Shown here one piece after another: positions 8,411 through 16,855 of a stretch of 24,000 nt of DNA. This DNA is from Paeniglutamicibacter sp. NPDC091659. GTDB lineage: Bacteria > Actinomycetota > Actinomycetes > Actinomycetales > Micrococcaceae. How positions within the stretch are numbered: position 1 is the first letter of the stretch; every line of letters starts with the position of its first letter. Where the stretch lies: contig NZ_JBIVTO010000001.1 of assembly GCF_044756805.1 (NCBI RefSeq), positions 300,011-324,010 of the forward strand, in the 5' to 3' direction. The notes under the pieces are model-generated. The model saw only the letters and a program-made list of their open reading frames with translations. It did not search any database and had not been told where the DNA came from. The position numbers and the translations under genes are program-made.

Positions 8411-8461
8411 GGTAACCGAAAACGGCACAGGGACCGACTTCACGGAGCCGGTCCCTGTGCC
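8411..8461 (-). terminator. intrinsic terminator downstream of the SHOCT gene
   Basis: Perfect 13-bp stem (8424-8436 with 8449-8461) and a 12-nt loop, 24 nt after the stop at 8485. On the minus strand it is followed by GTTTTCGGTT. Confidence 0.65.
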
Positions 8462-8484
8462 AGGGTGATCCCTGGTGCCGGCAG

Positions 8485-8898
8485 TTACTGCTGCGGCACG
8501 GATGCGGAGGACGTGCCCAAAGCGCGAGCCTTCAGGTGCTCGTACTCCTCGGCGGTGATGGCACCGGATTCGTGGAGTGCCTTGGCCTTGGCGATCTCGT
8601 CGCTGGGGCTCACCTGCGCCACGGTGCGGATGTAGTCCTCGGCCGCGCGGGTGGATTCCTCGATGTTCTTCCGGCTGCGTTCCGCCATGCCCTTGCCGCG
8701 GACGATCAGGTAAATGAGGGCGGTGGGGAGCGAGACGAAGATCAAGGCGATGAACCACAGGGCCTTCAACCCGCCGCTCAGCTCGCGGTCCCGGAAAAGG
8801 TCCGTGATGATGCTGAAAAGCGCGATCAGGTACGCGATGAAAATGAAGGCCGAAACGAAGAACCAAATGATGTTCCAAAATGATGCCCAAAAATCCAT
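8485..8898 (-). CDS. small membrane protein with PLD-nuclease N-terminal (PLDc_N) domain and C-terminal SHOCT domain
   Basis: MDFWASFWNIIWFFVSAFIFIAYLIALFSIITDLFRD...LKALWFIALIFVSLPTALIYLIVRG has the two-TM PLDc_N pattern. EIAKAKALHESGAITAEEYEHLKARAL is the SHOCT pattern. Start is ATG 8898, preceded by a perfect AAGGAGG. Confidence 0.85.
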   Translation of the reverse strand: MDFWASFWNIIWFFVSAFIFIAYLIALFSIITDLFRDRELSGGLKALWFIALIFVSLPTALIYLIVRGKGMAERSRKNIEESTRAAEDYIRTVAQVSPSDEIAKAKALHESGAITAEEYEHLKARALGTSSASVPQQ

Positions 8899-9073
8899 GG
8901 GTGACCTCCTTGGGGTCTGCGGATCCCGTCCGGTGTGCCGACAACGGGGTCCTAGGTGCGCCACCGGTCGGTGACACCTTACATTCTTAGTGATCAGACG
9001 CTGCTTTACCAGAGTTGGGGAGCCCGGCGGCGGTTTTTCCCAGCCGAGCGGCGACTACGGGGCCGTTGCGGAA

Positions 9074-9892
9074 TCATTGAACCTCCTTGCCGCTTCGCTC
9101 GAGCACCGCACGTGCATGGCGCAACAGCGGCTCGTCGACCATCTGGCCCTCGAATGCGAAGACGCCGCCGTTCCGGGCGGCTGCGTCCAGCATCCTTTCG
9201 GCTCGTTCCACCTGATCCGGGGTGGGGGCAAAGCCCTGGCGGATGACGGGCATCTGCCCGGGGTGGATCGAGGCCTTGGCTCCGAATCCGGAGGCTTGGG
9301 CGTCGAGCGACTCGACCAGCAGGCCCGCGTGGTCCCCGATGTCCAGGTACACCGAGTCGATGGCCGCTTTGCCGTGTGCCCCGGCGGTGAGCAGCACCTG
9401 CGAACGGGCGTGGAGCGCCACATCCCTGTAGGCGCCCGACTCAGTACGCGAGGACGAGCCGCCCAGCGAGGCGATCAGGTCCTCGGCGCCCCACATCAGC
9501 GCCACGACGTTCGGGGCCGCGGCAATCTGTGGGGAGTTGAGCACCCCGAGGGCGGTCTCGCACAGGGCCACGACCGAGTAGTCCCCAAGCGCGGCGGCAT
9601 CCGCGGCCGATTCCGTCTTGGCCAGCATCACCGTCCGGTATTGCGTGGAGCCGAGCGCCGCCAGGTCCGCCGCGAAGTCGGTGCTGCCGACGGGGTTGAC
9701 GCGCACGATGATGCGTTCCGGATCCTGGGGGTGTCCGATGAGCGCCGCCCGTGCCGCCTCACGGTTACCGGGGGCCACCGCATCCTCGAGGTCGATGATC
9801 ACGGCGTCGGCGCGTTCGAGCGCCTTCGCATAGCGGTCGGGCCGGTCCGCGGGGCAGAAGAGGATGGCGGGCCCCATGGTGAATGCGGTCAT
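9074..9892 (-). CDS. HpcH/HpaI-family CoA-ester lyase (CitE-like; probable HMG-CoA/beta-hydroxyacyl-CoA lyase by context)
   Basis: GPAILFCPADRPDRYAKAL..ADAVIIDLEDAV...MLAKTES...ALCETA..V...WGAEDL...KASIHPGQ is the citrate-lyase-beta/CitE-like pattern. The start ATG overlaps the upstream gene stop (ATGA at 9889-9892). Position matches Rv2498c citE of M. tuberculosis. Confidence 0.85.
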   Translation of the reverse strand: MTAFTMGPAILFCPADRPDRYAKALERADAVIIDLEDAVAPGNREAARAALIGHPQDPERIIVRVNPVGSTDFAADLAALGSTQYRTVMLAKTESAADAAALGDYSVVALCETALGVLNSPQIAAAPNVVALMWGAEDLIASLGGSSSRTESGAYRDVALHARSQVLLTAGAHGKAAIDSVYLDIGDHAGLLVESLDAQASGFGAKASIHPGQMPVIRQGFAPTPDQVERAERMLDAAARNGGVFAFEGQMVDEPLLRHARAVLERSGKEVQ

Positions 9893-12042
9893 GACGGCAT
9901 CCTCGCTTCCTCCGGGTTGTTGGAGTTGTTGGAGGCATCCAGCGACTCTGGGGAGTCAAGTTCGCCATCGTTGCTGGCGGCGTTGTTGGTGATGGTGGCG
10001 ACGACCTGATGGGCCTTGACGAGGTCACCCACCCTCAGTCGTCCGATCCGCACGGTCCCGTCCCCGGGGGAGCGCATGGGGTGTTCCATCTTCATGGCCT
10101 CGATGGTCACCAACACGTCACCCTCCTGCACCTGTTGTCCGTCGACGACACCCACGGCGATGACGGTGCCTGGCATGGGGGATTTTACGTCGGGTGACTT
10201 GTCTCCCGGTTTGAGCTGCAGGCTCGACAGCTCCCTGCCCAGCTCCTCTTCGCGGCCGATCACCCGCAGGCAGGACACCCAGCCGTCCCGGCTGAGCCAC
10301 AGGGTGGAGTCTTCCCCGAATGCCGCGGCAAAGTGTTGCCTGATCCCGTCGACGGCACAGTCGTTGGTGCCGAGCGTCGTGAACTCGAACGACTCGCCCC
10401 CGACCAGGAACGTGCGGCTATTCTCTCCGGGGGTGGACTGGAGCACCCGCAGTTCCCCGTCGACCTCGAGCACGCTCCGGGTGCGCGCGGGGCCGCCGAG
10501 CCGCCACGAATCACGCGCCCGCCAAGTGCCGCCCGTGCCCGGTTGCCGGTTCAGGGCCAGCCCGGCAGCGAACACCAGCTCCGCATCGCCGAGCGCATGG
10601 AACTCCATGCCGGGCATCTTGCGCTCGATCAGCGTGGTGTCCAGTCTTCCCGCACGAACATCGGGATCGTTCAGCAGCAACCGCAGGTACTCGATATTGG
10701 TCAGCACGCCCAGGACAACCGTTTGCGCCAGCGCGCGGTCCAACCGCCCCAGCGCCTCGCCCCGGTCCGAACCCCAGGCGATGACCTTGGCCAGCATGGG
10801 GTCGTAGTGCGGGGAGACGGTAAAGCCCTCCAAGAGGCAGGAGTCCACCCGCACGTGCTGACCCGCGGGTTCCTCCACCCGCAGCAGGGTGCCGGTCGAG
10901 GGCATGAAGTCGCGGGCCGGGTCCTCCGCATACACACGGGCCTCGATCGCGTGGCCAGACAGCGTGACATCCTCCTGGGTGAAGCCCAGCGGCTGGCCCG
11001 CGGCGATCCTCACCTGCGCCTCGACCAGGTCGATCCGCCCGCCGCGGATGCGCACCACCTCCTCGGTGACCGGGTGCTCCACCTGCAGCCGGGTGTTCAT
11101 CTCCATGAAGAAGAACTCGCCGGGTGCCTCGTCGGAAACCAGGAACTCGACGGTCCCGGCGCCCACGTAGTTCACCGACTCCGCGGCGGCCACGGCCGCG
11201 GCACCGAGCTCGGCGCGGATGCGCCCGCCGTCCGCCTGGTGTTCAAGCAGCGGGGAGGGGGCCTCCTCGATGACCTTCTGGTGCCGGCGCTGCAGGGAGC
11301 ATTCGCGCTCGCCGAGGTGCACGGTGTTGCCGTGCGTGTCGGCGAGGATCTGCACCTCGATGTGCCGCGGGCTGCGCACCAGCCGTTCCAGGAAGAGCGT
11401 GTCGTCGCCGAAGGAGTTCAGTGCCGTCCGCCGGGCGCTGGCCAGCGCCGCCGGCAGCTCGTCGGGGGATTCCACCGCCACCATGCCCTTGCCGCCGCCC
11501 CCGGCGGAGGGCTTGATCAGCACCGGGAACCCGATCTCCGCGGCTGCGTCGATGAGTTCCTCGTCGCTGAGCTCGGGTTCGGCGATGCCCGGGGTCACCG
11601 GGACGTCGTGGGCGGAGACGTGGTTCTTGGAACGGATCTTGTCGCCCATGAGCAGCAGCGCGTCGATGCCCGGCCCGATGAAAACGATGCCCGCGTTCTT
11701 CAGGGCCCGCGCAAACTCGATGTTCTCGGAGAGGAAACCGTATCCGGGGTGCACGGCCTGCGCGCCGCTGCGCCGGCAGGCCTCGATGACCGCCTCGGTG
11801 TCCAGGTAGCTTTCGGCGGCGGGGGACGCCCCCACCCGGACGGCGACGTCGGCCTCGCGCACGTGCAGGGCCCCGGCATCGGCATCGGAATAGATCGCCA
11901 CGGAGCGGATGCCCATGCGCTTGAGCGTGCGGATCACGCGCACGGCGATCTCCCCGCGGTTGGCGACCAGCACGGTGTCAAAGAGCTTGGTGTCAAAGAG
12001 CGCGTTGTCAGAGGGATTGGTGGTCATGTTCCTGGCGATCAT
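9889..12042 (-). CDS. biotin-dependent acyl-CoA carboxylase alpha subunit (biotin carboxylase + BCCP; probable 3-methylcrotonyl-CoA carboxylase alpha, AccA1/MccA-like)
   Basis: VLVANRGEIAVRVIRT, HPGYGFLSEN, LIKPSAGGGGKGM, EMNTRLQVEHPVTE (biotin carboxylase) and a C-terminal EAMKMEH biotinyl-lysine motif. Adjacent to the carboxyltransferase gene. Alternative start ATG 12027. Confidence 0.92.
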   Translation of the reverse strand: MIARNMTTNPSDNALFDTKLFDTVLVANRGEIAVRVIRTLKRMGIRSVAIYSDADAGALHVREADVAVRVGASPAAESYLDTEAVIEACRRSGAQAVHPGYGFLSENIEFARALKNAGIVFIGPGIDALLLMGDKIRSKNHVSAHDVPVTPGIAEPELSDEELIDAAAEIGFPVLIKPSAGGGGKGMVAVESPDELPAALASARRTALNSFGDDTLFLERLVRSPRHIEVQILADTHGNTVHLGERECSLQRRHQKVIEEAPSPLLEHQADGGRIRAELGAAAVAAAESVNYVGAGTVEFLVSDEAPGEFFFMEMNTRLQVEHPVTEEVVRIRGGRIDLVEAQVRIAAGQPLGFTQEDVTLSGHAIEARVYAEDPARDFMPSTGTLLRVEEPAGQHVRVDSCLLEGFTVSPHYDPMLAKVIAWGSDRGEALGRLDRALAQTVVLGVLTNIEYLRLLLNDPDVRAGRLDTTLIERKMPGMEFHALGDAELVFAAGLALNRQPGTGGTWRARDSWRLGGPARTRSVLEVDGELRVLQSTPGENSRTFLVGGESFEFTTLGTNDCAVDGIRQHFAAAFGEDSTLWLSRDGWVSCLRVIGREEELGRELSSLQLKPGDKSPDVKSPMPGTVIAVGVVDGQQVQEGDVLVTIEAMKMEHPMRSPGDGTVRIGRLRVGDLVKAHQVVATITNNAASNDGELDSPESLDASNNSNNPEEARMPS

Positions 12043-12048
12043 GGTGCA

Positions 12049-13659
12049 TCACATCCTGAAGAGGCCGAAGGAGGTATCGGGCAGCGGCTGGGTGGCGCAG
12101 ACGTCCAGCGCCATGCCCAGGACCCGCCGGGTGTCCAGCGGGTCGATGACCCCGTCGTCCCAGAGCCGGGCGGTGGAGTAGTAGGGGTTTCCCTGGTCCT
12201 CGTACTGTTGCTTGAGCGGTTCCTTGAAGGCGGCCTCGTCCTCGGCGCTCCACGTGGAACCGGCCGCCTCGAGCTGGTCCCGCTTGACAGTCGCAAGCAC
12301 CGAGGACGCCTGCGCCCCGCCCATCACGGAGATCCGCGCTGCCGGCCACATCCACAGGAAGCGCGGCGAATAGGCCCGCCCGCACATCGAGTAGTTGCCG
12401 GCCCCGAAGGACCCGCCGATGATGACGGTCAGCTTGGGGACGCGTGCCGTGGCAACCGCGGTGACCATCTTGGCGCCGTGCTTGGCGATGCCGCCGGCCT
12501 CGTAGTCGCGGCCCACCATGAAGCCGGAGAGGTTCTGCAGGAACACCAGCGGAATGCCGCGCTGGTCGCAGAGCTCGATGAAGTGTGCGCCCTTGAGCGC
12601 GGACTCGGAGAACAGCACCCCGTTGTTGGCGACGATTCCCACGCGGTGCCCGTGGATGCGCGCGAACCCGGTGACCAGCGTGGTGCCGTAGTTGGCCTTG
12701 AACTCGTGGAATTCGCTGCCGTCGACGATCCGCGCGATGACCTCGCGGACGTCGTAGGAGGCGTTCACGTCGGTGGGCACCGTGCCGTAGATCTGGTCCG
12801 GGTCCTCGACCGGTGCTGCAACCTCCGGGATGACGTCCCAGACCGGTTCGGGGGTGGGCGGCAGCGTCTGGATGATGTCGCGGACGATGCGGATCGCGTG
12901 GGCGTCGTTCTCGGCCAGATGGTCGACGACTCCCGAGACGCTGGCGTGCAGCTCGCCGCCGCCGAGTTCCTCGGCCGTGACAATTTCGCCGATGGCGGCC
13001 TTCACCAGCGGCGGGCCGCCCAGGAAGATCGTGCCCTGGTTGCGGACGATCACCGTCTCGTCGCTCATCGCCGGGACGTAGGCGCCGCCCGCCGTGCAGG
13101 ATCCCAGCACCGCGGCGATCTGCGGGATCTTGCGTGCCGACAGGTTGGCCTGGTTGTAGAAGATGCGCCCGAAGTGCTCGCGGTCCGGGAACACCTCGTC
13201 CTGCATGGGCAGGAAGGCGCCGCCCGAGTCGACGAGGTAGACGCAGGGCAACCCGTTTTCCAGCGCGATTTCCTGGGCGCGCAGGTGCTTCTTGACCGTC
13301 ATGGGGAAGTAGGTTCCGCCCTTGACCGTGGGATCGTTGCACACGACCATGACGTAGCGGCCGTGGACCATGCCGATTCCGGTGATCATCCCGGCCCCGG
13401 GGGAGTCGCCGCCGTACATGTCTTCCGCGGCCAGCGGTGCAATCTCGAGGAACGGCGAACCCTCGTCCAGCAGGGCATCGACGCGGTCGCGGGGGAGCAG
13501 TTTGCCGCGGTCTACGTGGCGTTGCCGGGATTTCTCGGAGCCTCCCTGCGCCGCAGTGGCCAGACGTTGACGCAGTTCGGTGACCAGATCCTCCTGCTCG
13601 GCTGCGTTCTTGAGGAAGCCGGGATCCGCGGTATCGATGCTGCTGGTCAGTCGTTGCAC
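12049..13659 (-). CDS. acyl-CoA carboxylase carboxyltransferase (beta) subunit, methylcrotonyl-CoA carboxylase type (AccD1/MccB-like)
   Basis: [78 protein letters not shown] and GGPPLVKAA are MCC-beta patterns. Start set at GTG 13659 with AGAGGA upstream. The track ORF extension to 13866 would overlap the TetR gene and is Arg/His-rich. Confidence 0.9.
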   Translation of the reverse strand: MQRLTSSIDTADPGFLKNAAEQEDLVTELRQRLATAAQGGSEKSRQRHVDRGKLLPRDRVDALLDEGSPFLEIAPLAAEDMYGGDSPGAGMITGIGMVHGRYVMVVCNDPTVKGGTYFPMTVKKHLRAQEIALENGLPCVYLVDSGGAFLPMQDEVFPDREHFGRIFYNQANLSARKIPQIAAVLGSCTAGGAYVPAMSDETVIVRNQGTIFLGGPPLVKAAIGEIVTAEELGGGELHASVSGVVDHLAENDAHAIRIVRDIIQTLPPTPEPVWDVIPEVAAPVEDPDQIYGTVPTDVNASYDVREVIARIVDGSEFHEFKANYGTTLVTGFARIHGHRVGIVANNGVLFSESALKGAHFIELCDQRGIPLVFLQNLSGFMVGRDYEAGGIAKHGAKMVTAVATARVPKLTVIIGGSFGAGNYSMCGRAYSPRFLWMWPAARISVMGGAQASSVLATVKRDQLEAAGSTWSAEDEAAFKEPLKQQYEDQGNPYYSTARLWDDGVIDPLDTRRVLGMALDVCATQPLPDTSFGLFRM

Positions 13660-13691
13660 ATTTCCTCTTTTCTGGCGAGCGTTGGGGAAGA

Positions 13692-14342
13692 CTAGGCGGG
13701 AATGCTCGTGGAGTTCGGCGTCGGTTCGCTGCCCAGCAATACCGGTTGGCGAATGTAGTCGGTGCCGTCGAACAAAGTGTGATCGGCGGACAGCATCTTG
13801 CAGGCCATGTTGACGAAGTTGTGTTGGACCTCGGTGAGGGTGAGGCGGCCGTCGGCCCGGTACCAATGGGCAACGCCGGTTCCCATTTCCATGAGGGCGA
13901 GCCGCGCCATGGTGGCGTCATCCACGGTGAAATCGCCGACCCGCAGTCCGCGTTCGACTACCAGCGCGAAGAGCGACTCGTACTCGTCGCGCAGGCCCTG
14001 CATGGCGTAGCGGTTTTCGGGTCCCAGCGCGCGCATTTCATACTCCGCAACGCGGGACGTGAGCGGGTTGGTGGCGGTAAAGCCGACATGCGAGGCAACG
14101 AGGGCAGTCAGCTGGATGGTGGGCTCGGCACTGATGCGCAGGGCGGCGGAACCTGCATCGATCATGGCTTCCAAGCATGAGCGCATGATGCTGGCCAGGA
14201 GGTCTTCCTTGCTGCCCGTGTAGTGGTAGATCGTGGCGGAGTTGATGCCGGCCGCAGCGCCCAACTCGCGGATCCCCGTTGCGGCGAACCCATGCGCGGC
14301 GAAGAGCAGCACCGCTGCCCGCTGCACCTTGCCTAGATCCAT
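13692..14342 (-). CDS. TetR/AcrR-family transcriptional regulator (probable regulator of the downstream carboxylase operon)
   Basis: N-terminal [44 protein letters not shown]. Start set at ATG 14342 with AGAGGGA upstream. The extension to 14435 has mixed third-position composition and contains the palindromic operator. Confidence 0.85.
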   Translation of the reverse strand: MDLGKVQRAAVLLFAAHGFAATGIRELGAAAGINSATIYHYTGSKEDLLASIMRSCLEAMIDAGSAALRISAEPTIQLTALVASHVGFTATNPLTSRVAEYEMRALGPENRYAMQGLRDEYESLFALVVERGLRVGDFTVDDATMARLALMEMGTGVAHWYRADGRLTLTEVQHNFVNMACKMLSADHTLFDGTDYIRQPVLLGSEPTPNSTSIPA

Positions 14343-14376
14343 GGAACGTTCCCTCTGTTGGAGGACTAACACGCCT

Positions 14377-14394
14377 CCCAATCGATCGATTGGG
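14377..14394. promoter_or_regulatory. 18-bp perfect palindrome, candidate TetR operator
   Basis: CCCAATCGATCGATTGGG is self-complementary (checked) and lies 35 bp upstream of the TetR start. A TTGACA hexamer lies further upstream on the minus strand (about 14421-14426). Confidence 0.55.
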
Positions 14395-14717
14395 TATCTG
14401 CTGTCAGTCAAGTCCAAGAACGCCGAAGTTGTCAATCATTTGATTGGTGGTTGAAGGCATCAACCACGACAAACTGTGTCTACGGGTGAGAACCTACCGT
14501 GAGGGTGTGATGGATTGAGAGCAAGGGTGGGGTTGGTCAGGTTCCGCCGAGCCGTGATTCGAAGTGAATCTCTCTGTATAGCCTGCCATCGATCGAATTT
14601 TTCATGGCCGGCGGGACAGCTAGGAGATACCGGTGTTACGGCTCGCGGACAATCGGGATGACGAGACGGTCCTTGTTGGAATGCCATTCATTCGTCGGCT
14701 CCGGAAAATGGGAAGTC

Positions 14718-15437
14718 TTAGTTGCTTTCGGGAGACTGATCGGCCTTGGGGGCAATTAGCTCCTGGATGCCAGAAATATGTTCCCTCATGGCGTTTTCCG
14801 CCAGGGCAGGCTGGCCGGCGCGGAGCGCATCGACAATCTGCCAATGTCCATGCAAGGAAGCTTCTTTTCGCTTGCCGCCCTGAAACCCAAGGCGACGGGA
14901 GGCTCCCGCCCAGTCGCCGACGATGCGGATGAGGTCCGACAGCAATGGATTGCGGGCGATGTCGGAAAGGGCCACATGAAATGTCTGGTCCAACTCAAGC
15001 AACTTCATGGAGCTTGTTTCTTTCTCCGACTCCGCCAGTATCTGCTCCAACTTGCGGATGTCGGCCGCGGTTGCCTTGGTTGCAGCCAAACGGGCCACTG
15101 CAGGCTCAATGGTCAACCGCATTTCCATGACCTGCGAGAAATCCTGCTGCGCTGCCGTAAAGGCCTCACTGAGCTGCTCGAACTGCGACTCGGTCGGGGT
15201 TTCCAACACTATGGTTCCGCGTCCGGGGCGACGACTAAGCAACCCCTTGATCTCCAGCTCCAAGAGGGCTTCCCGCAAGGTGGCACGCGAAACGCCCAGC
15301 GTGGCCGCGAGTTCTCGTTCCGGCGGAATCTTTTCACCCTGTGGCAGTTCCCCACGCACGATCATCAGCTCGAGTTCAGCAGCCAAGTTCCCACCGAGAG
15401 AGTTCCATTTTTGGTTGATTGACGACCAATTGACCAT
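14718..15437 (-). CDS. GntR-family transcriptional regulator, FadR/FCD subfamily
   Basis: wHTH LPQGEKIPPERELAATLGVSRATLREALLELEIKGLLSRRPGRGTIV. FCD-domain His/Asp pattern (LDQTFHVAL, LHGHWQIVDAL, REHI). GAGGAAGGA RBS. Confidence 0.9.
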   Translation of the reverse strand: MVNWSSINQKWNSLGGNLAAELELMIVRGELPQGEKIPPERELAATLGVSRATLREALLELEIKGLLSRRPGRGTIVLETPTESQFEQLSEAFTAAQQDFSQVMEMRLTIEPAVARLAATKATAADIRKLEQILAESEKETSSMKLLELDQTFHVALSDIARNPLLSDLIRIVGDWAGASRRLGFQGGKRKEASLHGHWQIVDALRAGQPALAENAMREHISGIQELIAPKADQSPESN

Positions 15438-15471
15438 GTTGCGTTCCTTCCTCGAATGTTGACCTTGCTAA

Positions 15472-15514
15472 GTACAGTGTACGCATGGCATATTGGTCAG
15501 ACCAGCAGACCAGT
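15472..15514. promoter_or_regulatory. two 11-bp GntR-type palindromes in the divergent promoter region
   Basis: GTACAGTGTAC (15472-15482) and TGGTCAGACCA (15494-15504), the latter followed by a second AGACCAG (15508-15514). Both fit the GT-Nx-AC half-site logic of GntR/FadR-type operators. They lie between the GntR start (15437) and the transporter start (15546). Confidence 0.5.
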
Positions 15515-15545
15515 ATGGCCTGCGTCACCAAAGGAGAGTGTTGGC

Positions 15546-16811
15546 ATGCAGACGAAAACCAGTCCAGATCAACTGGGGAAGCCTCAAGGGTCTCGGTTGC
15601 AAAGAATTGTCAATGTAGCTGGCCCCGGGCTGATTGTTGCCGCGGCCGGAGTTGGCGCGGGCGACCTGATTGCATCATTGAACTCCGGTGCCAGCTATGG
15701 ATTGGCGCTTGCCTGGGCCGTGGTTGTAGGCTGCTTCATTAAGTTCATAGTCACCGAGTGCATTGGGCGCTGGTCGCTGGCGACGGGGATTAGCCCCTTG
15801 CGAGGCTTCCACAAGCTGAACAAGGCATTCACTACTTACTTTGGGATCTACTCGGTAATTCTGGGATTCTTCTACGGCGCTGCCATTGCGGGCGCGCTGG
15901 GGCTGACGATCAACGCCATGTTCCCGAGCGTCGACGTGAAGCTGGGCGCGGTTGTCGCCGTTCTCCTCGGCATGGCGATCTTGTGGATCGGCAAGTATGC
16001 ATCCTTTGAGAAGATCATGGCGTTCTTCGTTGCCGTCATGTTTATCTCCATTGTCGGCGCTGCGGTACTGACACGCCCCGACATGGGCATCCTGGCGGGA
16101 GGGCTGACTCCCAGGGTTCCCGACGGAGGAACCTTCTATGTCCTGGGCATCATGGGTGGCGTAGGCATGTCCATTGGACTCCTGTCTTACGGATACTGGC
16201 TGCGGGACCGCGGTTGGACGGGCCCGGGATGGATTGGTTCCATGCGATTGGACCTGGTTATCGGGTACGGCATGACCTTCATCTTCATGCTTGCGATGAT
16301 GATCGTCGGAGCGGCGTTCCTGCAAAATGGCGGTACTGGGGTCAGCGGACTGTCAGATTTGAAGCAGCTGGCGGAACCGTTTGGTGAACAGTTCGGTGAG
16401 CCGGCGAAGTGGCTGTTGCTTATCGGCATGTTCTCGGCCGTTTTCAGCTCACTGATCGGTGGATACAACGCACTGGCAAATGTCTTCAACGACATCGTCA
16501 ACATTTTCCGAGGCACGACCCATGAGCGAGATGAGAATGCGGCTCGCTCGATTCCGTTCCGCGCCTACATCGTGTGGATGTGCATCCCTCCGCTGTCGAT
16601 GCTGTTCCTGGACAAGCCGGTGACGCTCGTGCTCATTTACGCCGCGATGGGTGCGTTGCTTATGCCCGTGCTGATCGGTGGCTTGCTTTGGTTGATGAAC
16701 TCCAAGGGCTTGGACAAGAAACACCGCAACGGTATCGCCATGAACACATCATTGGTTCTCGGGCTCGTTATGTTCGTCGCCTTGGCGGCAAACGAGCTGT
16801 CTTCACTCTAG
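15546..16811 (+). CDS. NRAMP/SLC11-fold transporter, non-canonical (lacks the DPGN and MPH metal-site motifs)
   Basis: 421-aa polytopic protein. Its TM1 region AGPGLIVAAAGVGAGDLIASLNSGASYG aligns with the NRAMP xGPGxxxAxxxxDPGNxxTxxQxGAxxG. Start ATG 15546 with an AAGGAGAG RBS; the track ORF extension from 15456 was trimmed. Confidence 0.8.
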   Translation: MQTKTSPDQLGKPQGSRLQRIVNVAGPGLIVAAAGVGAGDLIASLNSGASYGLALAWAVVVGCFIKFIVTECIGRWSLATGISPLRGFHKLNKAFTTYFGIYSVILGFFYGAAIAGALGLTINAMFPSVDVKLGAVVAVLLGMAILWIGKYASFEKIMAFFVAVMFISIVGAAVLTRPDMGILAGGLTPRVPDGGTFYVLGIMGGVGMSIGLLSYGYWLRDRGWTGPGWIGSMRLDLVIGYGMTFIFMLAMMIVGAAFLQNGGTGVSGLSDLKQLAEPFGEQFGEPAKWLLLIGMFSAVFSSLIGGYNALANVFNDIVNIFRGTTHERDENAARSIPFRAYIVWMCIPPLSMLFLDKPVTLVLIYAAMGALLMPVLIGGLLWLMNSKGLDKKHRNGIAMNTSLVLGLVMFVALAANELSSL

Positions 16812-16855
16812 TTTTATTGAATTTGTATGTTATTTCTTCGAAAAGGTGTTACTAA

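Noticed and set aside
8183-8977. 264-aa minus-strand ORF overlapping the SHOCT gene and the scoA start
   Set aside because: It is out of frame with two well-supported genes, has no motifs and is His/Arg/Pro-rich.
10333-13695. 1120-aa plus-strand ORF antisense to the carboxylase alpha and beta genes
   Set aside because: Same reasoning. It has a repetitive Gly/Arg/Asp/His-rich translation, and the opposite strand encodes two proteins with unmistakable biotin carboxylase and carboxyltransferase motifs.
12008-13921. 637-aa minus-strand ORF in an alternative frame over the carboxyltransferase gene
   Set aside because: Pro/Arg/Gly-rich nonsense-like translation. The neighbouring frame gives the conserved MCC-beta sequence.
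14447-14467. Small hairpin GTGGTTGA-AGGCA-TCAACCAC, and the imperfect direct repeat CTACGGGTGAG/CTACCGTGAGG, in the TetR-GntR intergenic region
   Set aside because: An 8-bp stem and an imperfect short repeat, with no supporting context such as a T-tract, adjacent start or recurrence elsewhere in the window.
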